A stretch of 62,006 bases of DNA, counting the filler, from Dimargaris cristalligena (taxonomy: Eukaryota): the NCBI GenBank assembly GCA_003614675.1. It is 3 parts of 3 records of this genome, joined end to end, with 100 filler letters (N's around TTAATTAATTAA, not from the genome) between each part and the next. Parts side by side here need not be neighbours in the genome. Positions count along the whole stretch, not along the records: positions 41,429 to 62,006 come from ML002692.1; 2 more parts are not named here. One strand, 5' to 3'. The notes under the pieces are model-generated. The model did no database searches. It saw only the letters and a program-made list of their open reading frames with translations, and was not told the DNA's origin. The translations under genes and the position numbers were made by a program. This document shows positions 60,780 to 62,006 of this stretch, piece after piece (the first letter of the stretch is position 1; every line of letters starts with the position of its first letter).

Positions 60780-62006
60780 TGTCGCTTAGGTGAGGCTGGG
60801 GTATCTTGGGAAATGGTCGATGCTATAGAATAAAAATAACCTGACCTTTAGAAAGAGAGTAAAGAAGCGCTGTAACTCCACGACCACCGCCTAGGGGGAT
60901 ACCTTTCAATTAACTTCTGGGGCTGAAGGATTACCACTGACTCCAGTCTAATGGGGTTCAGATACATCATCATGAGGTGGTGTGTGTGAATGGCATTGGG
61001 GACGGTCTAGCTGGGTGTCCTTGAATGGCCAGCACTCCTGAGGAGGATCATACCGGCTGTGACGACATGGTTATGCACAGCATACCTCCATCACTATACG
61101 GGGACTGGGGCTGTGGTCCTTCCCCTTGCTAATGCAGCCTAACCCCCTTTTGTATGAGATATAATGCCTTGATTTATTGGCTGTATTGATTACCTCCTTA
61201 ACCCCAATGCTTGAATCGCAGTCTTACCCGCATTTTGTGATTCATTTTCAGGAGAACTGGGCTACCCCACCCCACATCTAGGTAGTACACACCTTGCACC
61301 GAGGAGCCCAGACGTCTTCTTGGCCCCCTACTGCTTTACCACCACTGGAGATAAATGTGGTTGTTGGGCCTCTGGTTGGAGGAACTACTCTGCCTTCCTT
61401 CGTGGGTTGCTGGCCTCCCAAACACGGCCCCTTTGCTACACCCCCTACATTCGTACATGCCGCCAGCCAGGTCTAACAATATTGGCGGCATCCCATTCCT
61501 TAATAACTCAGTTCCTTGGTGATTACTACGACACACCATGGTACATTAAAAACGCACTAGGTTTAACTAATTAATCAGAGATCAGACAGAACTGAAGAAC
61601 ATTTCATAGATGTACAACAATAATGTATAATTCGATAACCCATTTTTGTCACCGATCTCCCTATTTCCGTTCGACCCATATAGGGTACCGAGTGTCTAGC
61701 AGCTGTGCATCTAAATAAAGTTGAAGGTCAAAATCAGATGTGGCACTTGTTTCAAGGATTACCCGACTGAGAATAGCCCCAGCTTATAAACACTGCCCAT
61801 CACCCCATGCAATCCCATATTTTTCTTATCGACTTCTTCGATTCTTTTACCTAGCACTCTAGGCCGATTGGCTATAATTTAGTATTTTTCCTGGTCGTCG
61901 TTGCTTATTTTATATCCTTCAGGGTTGTAATCTACGTAATAAAAGTTAGTTCAACCTATCTGCTATATTAGTAAGCCACCTAAAACCCGAATTCATGGAT
62001 GTTATG

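Noticed and set aside
61250-61574. Possible plus-strand terminal exon or retroelement fragment
   Set aside because: An acceptor and open frame are present, but there is no recognisable motif and no upstream exon could be linked.

Overview
Eukaryotic (fungal) genomic DNA with GT-AG introns of about 125-300 nt. A soluble HDEL calreticulin next to Zn2Cys6 and Fus3-type MAPK genes suggests an early-diverging, zygomycete-grade fungus (inference). The window is three contigs joined by two artificial 100-bp spacers (N44-TTAATTAATTAA-N44). Genes reconstructed by hand with phase-consistent splice sites: RAD54, eIF5, a Cys-rich ectodomain/TM/SH3 protein, HUS1, a ceramide synthase, calreticulin, a Zn2Cys6 factor, a PPR protein, a small secreted protein, a TEY MAP kinase, an MMT-type CDF transporter, cystathionine gamma-lyase, and an 8-exon cyanase that the ORF track essentially misses. 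There are also two tRNAs, Pro(CGG) and elongator Met(CAT). The main non-gene signals are (1) two inverted copies of a 144-bp self-complementary element whose unpaired stem positions are all identical-base (X.X) mismatches, set in about 2 kb of nested fold-backs, and (2) a poor-context uORF overlapping the eIF5 start codon.
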